From the NCBI GenBank assembly GCA_963663165.1, contig OY760175.1, forward strand, positions 5,184,001-5,248,000: 64,000 nt of DNA, given 5' to 3'. A program made the translations under genes and the position numbers. Shown here piece after piece: positions 19,086-29,642 of this stretch. The stretch is from an uncultured Desulfospira sp. (GTDB lineage: Bacteria > Desulfobacterota > Desulfobacteria > Desulfobacterales > Desulfobacteraceae). Within the stretch, counting starts at the first letter, position 1, and each line of letters begins with the position of its first letter. The notes under the pieces were generated by a model. That model was not told where the DNA came from. It worked only from the letters and a program-made list of their open reading frames with translations, and did not search any database.

Positions 19086-20489
19086 GTGACCATGGAAAAT
19101 AAAAAATTCGATACGGCAATTGAAGCAATTTCAGCAAACATTACAGAGACACAATTTGAGAATTTTGATGATGCAACTGTGGATTTGGCCAAACAGCGGG
19201 TATTGGATGTCCTGGGATGTGCCATAGGAGGGGCTAACGCTCCCGGGAATAAAGCGCTGCTGAATGTTGTCGGAAATAACAGCACCAGGGGGGATGCCAC
19301 CATCTGGATCCATGGCATTAAATCATCAGCTCAGGACGCGGCCATGGTTAACACAATAATGAACCGGTCCTATGATTTTGAGGTCATGTCCTTTGGTATG
19401 GATGGTCAAATGATAGCGTCCCACCATGCCTCGACCAATGTCCCCACCGCCATCTCCCTGGCAGAGTCCTTGAATGTAAACGGCAGGGAACTGTTAACCG
19501 CGATGATTCTTGGTGATGATACGGCAGCAAGGATTGCCGCTGCATCCGCTGTTCATCCGATCAAACTCGGGTGGGACGGATGCGGCACATTGAGTCATTT
19601 GGGCGCTACCGCTATTGCCGGCCGGTTGCTCGGGTTGGACAGGCACCAGATGAAGCATGCGTTTGGTATTGTCTTAAACCAGATTGCCAGCGCAATTCAA
19701 AGTTTATGGGACGGTGCAACGACATTTAAATTAGGGCAGGGCACCGCTGCAAAAAACGGAATTTTTTCTGCAGAATTGGCAAGGGCGGGATGGACAGGGG
19801 TAATCGACGCCTTGCAAAGCCGGTTTGGTTATTTTGCCATGTATGCAGGGGGCTGCAGTGATCCTGACATTCTAACCCGGGACCTTGGGAAAACATATTA
19901 TGGCGAAGCCTATTTTAAACCTTATCCCTGCGGACTGCCAAATCACGTAGCCATTAAAAGCGCGTTAAGTTTAATGGCGCGTTATGAAATTGATTGTGAC
20001 CGGATTTCCAAAGTCATCATTAATGTGCCTTCGGAAGCTCTTGAAAACAGCTATTATGCGAAACCGTTTGAACTAAGGGATTTCCCGCACGGCGATGCCA
20101 TTTTCAGTTATCCGTTCACTGTGGCTACGACATTGCTGTACAAATCCTGCGGCCTGCCCAACTTTTCAGAAGATGCCATACGTGATCCAAAAGTCGTTGA
20201 TCTCACATCCAAAACAGAACTGATCGAACCTGATTTTGAAACAAAAAGACTTGAGATCACGTTAAAGGTTATCATGAATGACGGTACGGAATACACCGAT
20301 ACCCAGGTTCCAGATTTTGATTGGGTCAAAAATCCGATACCGAAAAAAGAAATTGAAAAAAAATTCTGGCATCAGGTTGAATTTTCAAAAACAGTCTCCC
20401 CTGAGAATGCAGAAGAACTACTTTTGAATGTGGGGAAACTCGAGCAGATAAGGAATATACAAAATATCATCCAGCTGCTGTGCCCCTGA
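19086..20489 (+). CDS. MmgE/PrpD family protein (paralogue 1)
   Basis: AKQRVLDVLGCAIGG, AAMVN, FKPYPCG and EIEKKF motifs. Confidence 0.88.
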   Translation: MTMENKKFDTAIEAISANITETQFENFDDATVDLAKQRVLDVLGCAIGGANAPGNKALLNVVGNNSTRGDATIWIHGIKSSAQDAAMVNTIMNRSYDFEVMSFGMDGQMIASHHASTNVPTAISLAESLNVNGRELLTAMILGDDTAARIAAASAVHPIKLGWDGCGTLSHLGATAIAGRLLGLDRHQMKHAFGIVLNQIASAIQSLWDGATTFKLGQGTAAKNGIFSAELARAGWTGVIDALQSRFGYFAMYAGGCSDPDILTRDLGKTYYGEAYFKPYPCGLPNHVAIKSALSLMARYEIDCDRISKVIINVPSEALENSYYAKPFELRDFPHGDAIFSYPFTVATTLLYKSCGLPNFSEDAIRDPKVVDLTSKTELIEPDFETKRLEITLKVIMNDGTEYTDTQVPDFDWVKNPIPKKEIEKKFWHQVEFSKTVSPENAEELLLNVGKLEQIRNIQNIIQLLCP

Positions 20490-20751
20490 AGATTTATGGG
20501 GCCGGCCAAAGTGTGATTTTTGTATTCATGGGATTGTCTTGCGAAGTATTTAAATTTTTTAACAAGAGGGGGCTTGTCTGCACGGGTGAGCAGTTTTCTG
20601 TCTTCTTTGTGGGGAGAATAGGTTGTTATAGAGGTCTGCATATAAATTGATACCCGTTTCGGTATTGTAACTGATCGGGCGGTCTCAATTCATACGCTAT
20701 AAACTATAGTCTGTCTTTTATTTGTGTGACTTTTAAAAACCGGAGGGGAAA

Positions 20752-21795
20752 ATGACGATCAGAAAGGAATTGTTGTGCTTTGTCAGTGTGTTATTCGTTG
20801 CAGCGGTAATGGCCCAGACAGTATGGGCAAAGAAAGATGATGCGATTGTTCTGAAATATTCAAGATGGTCACCGGCTTCCTCAGGGCCTGCCAAAGTGGA
20901 TGCAAAATGGGCGGATCTGGTTCGGGAGAGAAGTCAGGGGCGGCTGAAAATCAAATGCTATTTTGATGGCTCTCTTTCGAAAATGAAAGAAAATTACCGG
21001 GCGGCACAGACCGGGATCGCCGATATTTCCTATTACACAATTGGCACCAATCCCGGATTAACCGAATTGAACAGGGTATTCTCTTTACCGTTTATGGGAC
21101 CTAAGAACGTGGATGTTGCATCAGCAGCATACACAGAGCTGTTAACAAAGTTTGAAGAACTTAGATCCGAATTCAAAGGCATGGTCGTATTTAAGCCCAG
21201 AATGATGCCGCCATTTCAAGCGCATTTTACAAAAAGAGACATAAGGGTTCCGGCGGACATGAAGGGTCTTAAGGTCATTGCCGATACGGTATGGAATATT
21301 CCGTTGCAAAATATCGGTTCTGCTCCGGTCAAGCTGATGGTTGGTGACTGGTACATGTCCCTCGAACGGAATCTGGTTGAAGGCCATATTGTGCATTATC
21401 CGGCTATTTATATTTACAAGACATTGGATTTATTAAAACATCATACGCATTTCGGAGAAGGCGGCGCTGTTGTCACCTCGGATATCCTTTTGATCAATGC
21501 CAGAAAATGGAAACGAATCCCCAAAGACTTGCAGAAAATCCTGGTTGATTCCCTGGATTACCGTAATGCCGAGCAGACCAAAGGGGATATTCATATGATC
21601 AACGCTGCCATCAAGTATGGAAAAGAAAAAGGTCACACGTTCAATGAAGTGACCGAAGAAGAAATTGAACTGTGGAAAGAGGCTGTTCAACCCGTTCATC
21701 AAAAATGGATTGAGGACAACGCGGGCAGAGGACCCTCTCAGGTAATCTACGATAAAGCCCATGAATTGATCGATAAGTATAATAACTTGATGTAG
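20752..21795 (+). CDS. dctP: TRAP transporter substrate-binding protein DctP
   Basis: Signal peptide; SQGRLKI, DMKGLK, SLERNLVEG, W..IPKDLQ. Confidence 0.88.
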   Translation: MTIRKELLCFVSVLFVAAVMAQTVWAKKDDAIVLKYSRWSPASSGPAKVDAKWADLVRERSQGRLKIKCYFDGSLSKMKENYRAAQTGIADISYYTIGTNPGLTELNRVFSLPFMGPKNVDVASAAYTELLTKFEELRSEFKGMVVFKPRMMPPFQAHFTKRDIRVPADMKGLKVIADTVWNIPLQNIGSAPVKLMVGDWYMSLERNLVEGHIVHYPAIYIYKTLDLLKHHTHFGEGGAVVTSDILLINARKWKRIPKDLQKILVDSLDYRNAEQTKGDIHMINAAIKYGKEKGHTFNEVTEEEIELWKEAVQPVHQKWIEDNAGRGPSQVIYDKAHELIDKYNNLM

Positions 21796-21929
21796 CCAAT
21801 CAGCTCTGCCTCAATTGTGCGGCGAACGCAAATTATTTATGCTGCCGCCGCTCAATACATTTTGCATATCCGGTCCGTTTCGGCCTGACATGCAAAAGAT
21901 TACGAGGAAGAAAAACAGGGGGGTAAGAT

Positions 21930-22430
21930 ATGTCTATCTTTAAATCAGTGGAACGGTTCATTTATCTGTTCGCCGGGTTCCTGAATATATTGGGAATCAT
22001 TTCACTACTGGCCATGATGATGTTGACCGTTTCCGATGTCTTTTTACGGTATTTTTTCAGCAAACCGATTATCGGGGGAACGGAACTTACCCAGTGCTTT
22101 ATGGTATGCATGGCTCTGGGACTGGGATGGAGCGCATTAAAGGGCAAAGGGATTAAAATGGACCTGATTCTTGGTCAACTGCCCCTGAAAGCCCAATGGA
22201 TCATCGACAGCCTGACGATCTTGATGGGCCTTGCGATCATAATCCCCATTACAATTGCCTTTTTTGGAGAAATATCCATTGTAAAGGAAATGATGATGCA
22301 CACGGCGATGCTCAGAATACCCGAGTATCCGTTTTATTTCATTATCGGGACCGGTTTGGGATTGTTTTCGATTGTTTTGATTATACTGATTGTCAAAAAC
22401 TTAGCAAAAGTGGTGACTTATGAGCGTTGA
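21930..22430 (+). CDS. dctQ: TRAP transporter small permease DctQ
   Basis: Four TM segments; DVFLRYFFSKPIIGGTEL. Confidence 0.88.
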   Translation: MSIFKSVERFIYLFAGFLNILGIISLLAMMMLTVSDVFLRYFFSKPIIGGTELTQCFMVCMALGLGWSALKGKGIKMDLILGQLPLKAQWIIDSLTILMGLAIIIPITIAFFGEISIVKEMMMHTAMLRIPEYPFYFIIGTGLGLFSIVLIILIVKNLAKVVTYER

Positions 22431-23715
22431 AATGATTGGTGTTATCGGCATTGTTGTATTGATCGTCCTGTTGTTGCTTAGAATGTGGGTCGGTCTGGCG
22501 ATGGCATTTGTGGGATTCGTCGGGTATGTCTGGATCGCTAATGTTGAAGAGGCCTTACAAATGGCAGTTGCAACTACCCACAGTACCGTAAATCACTATT
22601 CGTTAACGGCCGTCCCTCTTTTTGTACTTATGGGAATGATCGTCTCCAACACAAATATCAGCAGTGAATTGTACGAGTTCGCATACAAAATATTCGGGCA
22701 CATGAGAAGCGGACTGGCGGTGGCTACGATCGCAGCCTGTGGGGTGTTTGCGGCTATTTGCGGATCAAGTACGGCCGAAACCTTGACCATCGGGAAAATT
22801 GCCCTTGGTGAAATGAAAAAATACAATTATGACGATAAATTGTCTACCGGCTGTGTGGCATGCGGCGGGACCATTGGCATACTGATTCCACCGAGCATGG
22901 GGTTTCTGGTTTACGGCATTTTGACCGAGCAATCCATCGGCCTCTTGTTTATGGCCGGTATCCTGCCGGGCATTTTGTTGATGTTGCTGTTTATTGGAAC
23001 CGTTTTTTTGATTTCTTGTGTCAATCCGGACGCCGGGCCTGCCGGAGAAAAAACATCATTACCTGAAAAGATTAAATCTTTGAAGTGTACGATCCCGATT
23101 ATTCTTCTTTTCGGTTTGGTATTGGGCGGTATCTACATGGGGGTTTTTACACCGACTGAGGCTGGTGCCGTCGGTGCTTTTGGCGCCATAGTGATATCGT
23201 TAATCAAAAGGGAATTAACCTTTAAAAATTTCTTGCAGGCGGTATATGAGACGGCGGAACTGACCTCAATGATCATTTTACTCCTGGCCGGGGCATATAT
23301 TCTGAATAAGTTCCTGACCATAACGGAACTGCCCTTCAATATGGCAGAGTACGTGGCCTCGTTTAACATGTCAAAGTATGTGATTCTGACAGTGATCATC
23401 ATCTTTTATATGCTGCTGGGAATGTTCCTTGATATTTTATCATGCATTATCCTTACCATTCCGTTAATTTACCCACTGATCATCAGCCAGGGATTTGACC
23501 CGATCTGGTTTGGCGTGATGATTGTGCTGATTATGGAAATGGGAATGATAACACCGCCATTCGGACTTAATGTTTTTATTTTATCCGGGATTACCGATGT
23601 TTCGATCGGGACCATATTCAGGGGGGTCTGGCCCTTCGTGGCCGCAATTTTTGTCTGTATCATTTTAATCACCATTTTCCCCCAGATTGTTTTGTTTATT
23701 CCACAAAATATGTGA
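22420..23715 (+). CDS. dctM: TRAP transporter large permease DctM
   Basis: AVPLFVLMG, GGTIGILIPPS, FTPTEAGA, ITPPFGLN. Confidence 0.93.
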   Translation: MSVEMIGVIGIVVLIVLLLLRMWVGLAMAFVGFVGYVWIANVEEALQMAVATTHSTVNHYSLTAVPLFVLMGMIVSNTNISSELYEFAYKIFGHMRSGLAVATIAACGVFAAICGSSTAETLTIGKIALGEMKKYNYDDKLSTGCVACGGTIGILIPPSMGFLVYGILTEQSIGLLFMAGILPGILLMLLFIGTVFLISCVNPDAGPAGEKTSLPEKIKSLKCTIPIILLFGLVLGGIYMGVFTPTEAGAVGAFGAIVISLIKRELTFKNFLQAVYETAELTSMIILLLAGAYILNKFLTITELPFNMAEYVASFNMSKYVILTVIIIFYMLLGMFLDILSCIILTIPLIYPLIISQGFDPIWFGVMIVLIMEMGMITPPFGLNVFILSGITDVSIGTIFRGVWPFVAAIFVCIILITIFPQIVLFIPQNM

Positions 23716-23758
23716 GAAAATTGAATGTTTATAACAAGCGATAATGAAGGAGTTTTAA

Positions 23759-25249
23759 ATGAAAGTTCGTACAATTTCCGAGCCCAATAAGTCGATCAAT
23801 GTTGTCAGGGAATGTGACGTTGTTGTGATCGGCGGCGGCCCGGGAGGAATCGGGGCTGCTTTATCGGCAGCCCGGAACGGAGCGGATACTGTCCTTGTGG
23901 AACGGTACGGATACCTTGGCGGTATGGGGACCGGTGGTCTGGTAACGATTATACCCTGCCTATCCGATTTTGACGGAAATATGCAGATTGGGGGAATTAA
24001 CCAGGAATGGATTGACCGCCTGGACCAACGGGAGGCCTGCACCTATCCTCCGCCTGAAATATGGGGGGCGGATGATAAGCGGTTGACCGACTATTGGAAT
24101 GAACGCTCTTTTTTCACCGTCAGAGAAGGGCGTATTGTTTATTCGGCGATTATCGATGCAGAAATATCAAAGTGCATTTTAAACGAGATGGTCAATGAGG
24201 CCGGTATCAAAACCTATTTCCATTCCTGGGGCACCATGCCGATCATGGACGGAAACAGGGCAACCGGCGTGGTGTTTGAAAGCAAATCCGGACGACAGGC
24301 GATTATGGCCAAGGTTGTAATTGACTCTACCGGCGATGGAGACCTGCTGCCCTACACCGGTGTCGGGTTTGACACACAAATTGATCCCAATATCCGGATT
24401 GCCAACCTGTCCCTTTGTTTCTGGGTTGACAATGTCAATTATATGAAATGCGAGGATTTTAAAAGGGATAATCCGGTTAAATGGCGAGAGTTGATGGATA
24501 CCCTCAGAGATCAGGGCGGGCTGCCCATGTTCTTCCGGAGTAATCTCAAAAACCAGGAAAATATCGTCTGGTTTCATCCCAGATTTGCCTGCAGCAGCCA
24601 GATTGATGTGGAGGAACTGAGCCGTGTTGAAATGCTGGGGCGTGAAAAGATGCTGATGTCCCATGATTTTTTTAAAAAATATGTGCCCGGTTTTGAAAAC
24701 AGCTTTATCGTTCTTTCAGCGCCGCAGCTAGGGACAAGAGGCGCAAGGCGGGTTCATGGCGAATATCAGCTTGGACTTGATGATTTGAACTCCAATGAAC
24801 CATTTGAGGATACAATTGCAGTTTTTCCGGATCTGGACAGAGCCGCTGACTCCTTAAAGTACCCTTTGACCTATATCCCCTACCGGTCGATGATACCACA
24901 GAATGTGGAGGGGTTGTTTGTTGCCTGCCGGGCATTCTCATCCGATCAGACCGCAAATAATTTTTTTAATTTGATTCCCCATTGTATTGCCATCGGGGAA
25001 GCTGCCGGAACCGCTGCCGCGCTGTCTATCGATCAAAATTTGGATCTCAGGTCGGTAGATATCCGTGTGCTTCAGAAAAAGCTGGCGTCCCAAAACGTGC
25101 CGTTACCGGGAAATCTTGGGAAAAACACCAGAAAAAATTATCAAGACTACGGTTTTGAGGTTAGAAAATTTGGCGGGGGAAGCTGCCGAAAGTGTGGTAA
25201 TGACTGCCGTGGAACTTGTGACGAAGATATTCAACTTAATCTGCATTGA
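23759..25249 (+). CDS. FAD-dependent oxidoreductase (FAD_oxidored-like) with Cys-rich C-terminal tail
   Basis: DVVVIGGGPGG, ERYGYLGGMGTGG, VIDSTGDGD, IPYRSMIP, GEAAGTAAA; tail GSCRKCGNDCRGTC. Confidence 0.85.
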   Translation: MKVRTISEPNKSINVVRECDVVVIGGGPGGIGAALSAARNGADTVLVERYGYLGGMGTGGLVTIIPCLSDFDGNMQIGGINQEWIDRLDQREACTYPPPEIWGADDKRLTDYWNERSFFTVREGRIVYSAIIDAEISKCILNEMVNEAGIKTYFHSWGTMPIMDGNRATGVVFESKSGRQAIMAKVVIDSTGDGDLLPYTGVGFDTQIDPNIRIANLSLCFWVDNVNYMKCEDFKRDNPVKWRELMDTLRDQGGLPMFFRSNLKNQENIVWFHPRFACSSQIDVEELSRVEMLGREKMLMSHDFFKKYVPGFENSFIVLSAPQLGTRGARRVHGEYQLGLDDLNSNEPFEDTIAVFPDLDRAADSLKYPLTYIPYRSMIPQNVEGLFVACRAFSSDQTANNFFNLIPHCIAIGEAAGTAAALSIDQNLDLRSVDIRVLQKKLASQNVPLPGNLGKNTRKNYQDYGFEVRKFGGGSCRKCGNDCRGTCDEDIQLNLH

Positions 25250-25267
25250 TAAAAAAACGGGTATAAC

Positions 25268-26683
25268 ATGAGCAATATAATTGAAACATTAGCGGAATTT
25301 GTGGCTGGAACGGATTTTTCCGATCTGCCGGATGACGTGGTTAAGGCTACCAAGTATCTTTTTTTGGATTCGATAGGCTGTGCATTCGCCTCTGTTACGA
25401 CTGACAGAGGGAAAATGAGTATTGCCCTGGCCAAAAAGATGGGCGGTCCGCCGGAGTCTTCGATTATCGGAACTGGTGAAAAGGCGTCCAGTGTTACGGC
25501 CTCTTTTGTTAATGCCGAGTTAATCAATTCTGCCGATTATGACGCACTGATTATGCCCGGCGGTCATGTGCCGCCTTACATAATCCCGCCTGCGCTGGCC
25601 ATGGCTGAGAGCCGGAACGCCAACGGTAAGGATCTTGTAACAGCCCTGGCGTTGGGGTTTGAACTGGCCACCAGGGTGCCCAAAGGCATCCGGCAGCAAC
25701 GGGTTATCCAAGACGGTGAAATCAAGAAATTTTCCTGGGGAAAACGGTGGGGCCAGGCATGGAGTAATTTCGGCGCTGCTGCGGGGGCTGCAAAAATGAT
25801 GGGGCTGGACCGGGAGCAAATGTGTGATGCTTTGGGAATCAGCGGGCATCTGAGCCAGGTCTCAACCCATGTGCGGTTTTCATTCAGCGATAACCGCCCC
25901 CTTACCAAATACGGTGTTCCGGGCTGGCAGAATACCGGCGGGATGATGGCCGCCCTGCTGGCTGAAATGGGATATATGGGGGACAGGACCGTATTTGATG
26001 GCGATTACGGGTTTTTTCAGTTCTGCGGTTATGAAGGAGAAATTGATCTGCCGGCCATAACCCGGGATATGGGAAAACAATGGGCGTTTACAAAGATTAC
26101 TTATAAACCTTACCCCTGTTGCCGGATGTTGCATGGCGGCGTTGATTGTTTGTTAAAAACCATCAGAGAAAATCAGATTCGGCCTGAAGAAATTGAAAAA
26201 ATTAAAATTTGGGGACATCCCACCATTGATGTGCCGTGTTTTTGCCATAAAGAAATTGAAAATGTCGTAGACGCCCAGTTTAACGCCGCTTATGTATTTG
26301 CGGTCGCCGGCAATGGGATTCCGATCGGACCTGCCTGGCAGGATGCGGCAACCATGAAAAACCCAGCCGTTCTGGAAATGATGAACAAAGTCGAATTCGC
26401 AGGCCATCCCGAATATTTCAAAAAAGTCCAGGAAGACTTGAGCAAGCAATTCTGGTCTATGGAATTACTGGCAAGGGGACAAAAATATTATGCCCAGACC
26501 TTTCAGCCAACGGGAACGACCGGTACGGAAGGGGCCATGTCTGATCAGGATTTGGAGAAAAAGTTTCGTGTCAATTCGGCCCGGGTTCTGACCCGGCAAA
26601 AGATTGACAGGGCTGTTGAGCAGATTTTGAATCTGGAAAAACTCAACCGGGTTTCTGATTTAATGGAAAATCTTGGATGGTGA
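25268..26683 (+). CDS. MmgE/PrpD family protein (paralogue 2)
   Basis: FSDLPDDVV, LDSIGC, ADYDA...GGH, YKPYPCC. Confidence 0.88.
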   Translation: MSNIIETLAEFVAGTDFSDLPDDVVKATKYLFLDSIGCAFASVTTDRGKMSIALAKKMGGPPESSIIGTGEKASSVTASFVNAELINSADYDALIMPGGHVPPYIIPPALAMAESRNANGKDLVTALALGFELATRVPKGIRQQRVIQDGEIKKFSWGKRWGQAWSNFGAAAGAAKMMGLDREQMCDALGISGHLSQVSTHVRFSFSDNRPLTKYGVPGWQNTGGMMAALLAEMGYMGDRTVFDGDYGFFQFCGYEGEIDLPAITRDMGKQWAFTKITYKPYPCCRMLHGGVDCLLKTIRENQIRPEEIEKIKIWGHPTIDVPCFCHKEIENVVDAQFNAAYVFAVAGNGIPIGPAWQDAATMKNPAVLEMMNKVEFAGHPEYFKKVQEDLSKQFWSMELLARGQKYYAQTFQPTGTTGTEGAMSDQDLEKKFRVNSARVLTRQKIDRAVEQILNLEKLNRVSDLMENLGW

Positions 26684-26745
26684 ACATAAATTGAATTTTA
26701 TCACAAAGCTCAAAGAAGTTGAGGGCCTAACAGGATGAGACCACG

Positions 26746-28122
26746 ATGATTGAAAGCAAAAATGAGTCAATAATCAATATAGTTTCAGAAAATGTTTTGA
26801 ATTTGAAGTATGAGGATTTGGATCAGCCGACCATTGATTTGGCTAAAAGCAGAATCATTGATGTGATCGGATGTGCCATTGGCGGGGCAAACGCCCCGGG
26901 AAATAAATCCCTCATTAACCTGATCAAAAGATGGGGGGGGCACCCCGAAGCCAGCATCCCCGTCTATGGCATTAAGGCGCCGGCGCATTACGCCGCTATG
27001 GCCAATTGCATCATGTGCCGGTCTTATGATTATGAAGCCATGATGACCCGGATTGATGATAAGCTGATTCCATCCCACATAAGCGGGACTACGGTCATGA
27101 CGGCGCTGACCATGGCTGAATTCCGGCAGACCAGCGGAAAGCAAATGCTGGTGGCGCTGCTGGCCGGGGATGATCTGGCGGCAAGAATTCTAAACGCCTC
27201 TGATTTTGATTTTTCGCTGGGCTGGGACAGCATCGGCAGCTTAAATGCTTTTGGCGCAACGGCCATTGCCGGCCGAATATTGAATTTGACCCCGGATCAG
27301 CTCAGAAACGCGTTCGGCATCGTAGTCAACATGACTGCAGGGACATTGCAGAGCATATGGGATGGGGCCACTACCTTTAAATTTTATCAGGGAACGGCAG
27401 CGCATAACGGCATAATTGCCGCTGAACTGGCTCAGGAAGGCTGGACCGGTTTATCCGACCCTCTACTGAGCCGGTTTGGCTATTACAAATTATATACCGG
27501 CGGTTGCCGTGATGAAAGTGCCTTAACTCAAGACCTGGGGAAGAAGATCTACCAGGAAGGCGTGTTTAAGCCATACCCCTGTTGCCGGGCTACCCATGCC
27601 GCTATTGACTGTGCCATCGCCATCCAAAAAGAGCATCAAGTGGATGCGGCTGATGTTGAAAAGGTGATACTCAAAGTTCCCCAGCGGATCCTGAATAGTT
27701 TTATCGGCAAAGAATTCATCATTCGGGAGTATCCCCATGCGGATGCCATTTTCAGTCTTAAATATACGGTTGCCATCGCCATTTTGAAAAACGGTGTCCG
27801 GCTGGAACATTTCAGTGAAAAAACCATTAAGGAGCCAGCCGTTGCGGCATTTATAAAGAGAATACAGCTTGAAGATCTGAAAGCGGAATCCGGAGCGGCG
27901 CTGACGCTGCAGTTAAAAGACGGCACAAGCCTGTCCACAAACATAGAGACCGCCAAGGGAGATCCACTGGCAAATCCTATGGTCAAAGAAGATATAACGG
28001 CTAAATTCCTGGCTCAAGTGGCATTCTCCGGTGCCATTAATGAGACCGATGCAAAACAGATTATTTCCCAGGTAGAAACTTTAGAACAAATGGATAATAT
28101 ACAATCACTTGTCCGATGGTAA
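26746..28122 (+). CDS. MmgE/PrpD family protein (paralogue 3)
   Basis: IDVIGCAIGGANAPGN, FKPYPCCRATH, KGDPLANP; visibly closest to paralogue 1. Confidence 0.88.
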   Translation: MIESKNESIINIVSENVLNLKYEDLDQPTIDLAKSRIIDVIGCAIGGANAPGNKSLINLIKRWGGHPEASIPVYGIKAPAHYAAMANCIMCRSYDYEAMMTRIDDKLIPSHISGTTVMTALTMAEFRQTSGKQMLVALLAGDDLAARILNASDFDFSLGWDSIGSLNAFGATAIAGRILNLTPDQLRNAFGIVVNMTAGTLQSIWDGATTFKFYQGTAAHNGIIAAELAQEGWTGLSDPLLSRFGYYKLYTGGCRDESALTQDLGKKIYQEGVFKPYPCCRATHAAIDCAIAIQKEHQVDAADVEKVILKVPQRILNSFIGKEFIIREYPHADAIFSLKYTVAIAILKNGVRLEHFSEKTIKEPAVAAFIKRIQLEDLKAESGAALTLQLKDGTSLSTNIETAKGDPLANPMVKEDITAKFLAQVAFSGAINETDAKQIISQVETLEQMDNIQSLVRW

Positions 28123-28264
28123 CCCGGGGCTAATTTAAAAAACAGTCAGCGGCTGAATTTTAAATTCCGACATCAAAGGGATAAAAGATCAATTCCGGTA
28201 TATTCTATGACCGGAGCTTGAGTTTAATTCATCACCTGGCGTGGACAAAATCAAGTCAGCCTGG

Positions 28265-29356
28265 TCACCGGGCCGGTTCGATGGTTGTCCAGTTCTGATT
28301 GGAATTCTGATTCGGGTTAAATCCCGCGTCGTTGGAAAGAATGTATTCACCCAGAGAATTTGTCCAGGCGCGGTCATAACCGCCGGGCAGTTCAACCGCA
28401 TTGCCGTTGGACGGGTCCTGATAGTTTTCCGTGCCCCGGATATATTCGCTGAATTCCCGGCCGGCGCGGTCTTCTGCCTGTTGCCGGGACTGCCATGACC
28501 GGGTCAGGGCTGCGTCAAAGGCATCGTTGCTGCGGCTGATGGCACGGCTTAAGGCCCCGGCGTTGGCTATGCCCTGTTGCCGGGCTGTGATCCACTGCTG
28601 TTGGACCTTGTTGAACCGCGCAAACCAACCCCGGTCAACACGAAATGAATTCACAAAGGTGTTGGCCAGGGGCTTGAGGGCATCAAGGCGACCCTTTTTT
28701 GCCCGGACAGAGAGGTTTCGGTCTGCCTGCCAGAAGATGTTGGCAGGTCCGGTGTTGGGCTGCGCGACCAATACCACACAGTAAAAATCTTCTTCCCAGG
28801 CAGCCCCGTTTTCCGTATAGGCAAACCGGGTACAAGTTCCAAAACCCCGTGTCATGCCGCCGGGCTGTCGGTTTGCGGCAGCAATGCTTTCAGCCCATTC
28901 CGGCAGGTCTTTCTGACTGATCAGCCGGATGTCACGCGCCCCCGGTCTTTGTTGGGAAAGGACAATCTGCCGGATAAACTCAGTGGGGCTGTTGGGAATG
29001 GGCATGACGATCATTCCCAGATAAAGCTGCCCTCTTTGCCACTGTGATTCAATCTGTCCGCTGATAAAAAGATTTGCCGGATGGATAAAAACGCCAGCCG
29101 AGCTGTCCGGTGCGGTAATGGCCACATTGGCGGTCACCAGATTGGCCAGGGCGGCATTCCAGGTCAGACCGCCTGAAAACTGCCAGTCTGCCGGGGCCAT
29201 AACCCTAAAAGCCGGGATGCCGCCCATCTGAGGATCAGTGATCACAAAAGATTTGATGCGCAACGGCACATCCCCTTGTGAGGGCACCGGCATCCCCCCT
29301 GTCAAAATAATAATCAATAACAATCTGTAAAAATAATTCAAAGCGATGCGGTTCAA
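28265..29356 (-). CDS. Hypothetical exported protein
   Basis: 363-aa ORF with TTG start after GGAGGTG RBS, N-terminal hydrophobic segment, Gln-rich helical region and C-terminal FSEYIRG...VELP...AW. Confidence 0.75.
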   Translation of the reverse strand: MNRIALNYFYRLLLIIILTGGMPVPSQGDVPLRIKSFVITDPQMGGIPAFRVMAPADWQFSGGLTWNAALANLVTANVAITAPDSSAGVFIHPANLFISGQIESQWQRGQLYLGMIVMPIPNSPTEFIRQIVLSQQRPGARDIRLISQKDLPEWAESIAAANRQPGGMTRGFGTCTRFAYTENGAAWEEDFYCVVLVAQPNTGPANIFWQADRNLSVRAKKGRLDALKPLANTFVNSFRVDRGWFARFNKVQQQWITARQQGIANAGALSRAISRSNDAFDAALTRSWQSRQQAEDRAGREFSEYIRGTENYQDPSNGNAVELPGGYDRAWTNSLGEYILSNDAGFNPNQNSNQNWTTIEPAR

Positions 29357-29642
29357 TTCTCACCTCCGGATATTAAAAAAAGTTACTATTGTAAAAGGCG
29401 GTTGGATGCTTACGCCTTAAGGGGTTAATAAACCCCTATGGAGAAAAACGGCAAGGTCAGTGTTTCAAAATGGTCGCTTGCTTTTATCCGAATAAAATAG
29501 AGGCCTTCTTTTTGTCAAACAAAATATAAATTCATCGTGACCGGCCCGACCGGTCATTTGACCGATTCAGCCATCAAGTGTACAACAGGCAATGTAAAAA
29601 AGGTTCGAAAATACAACACAACCACCATCAGGATGATATAAC

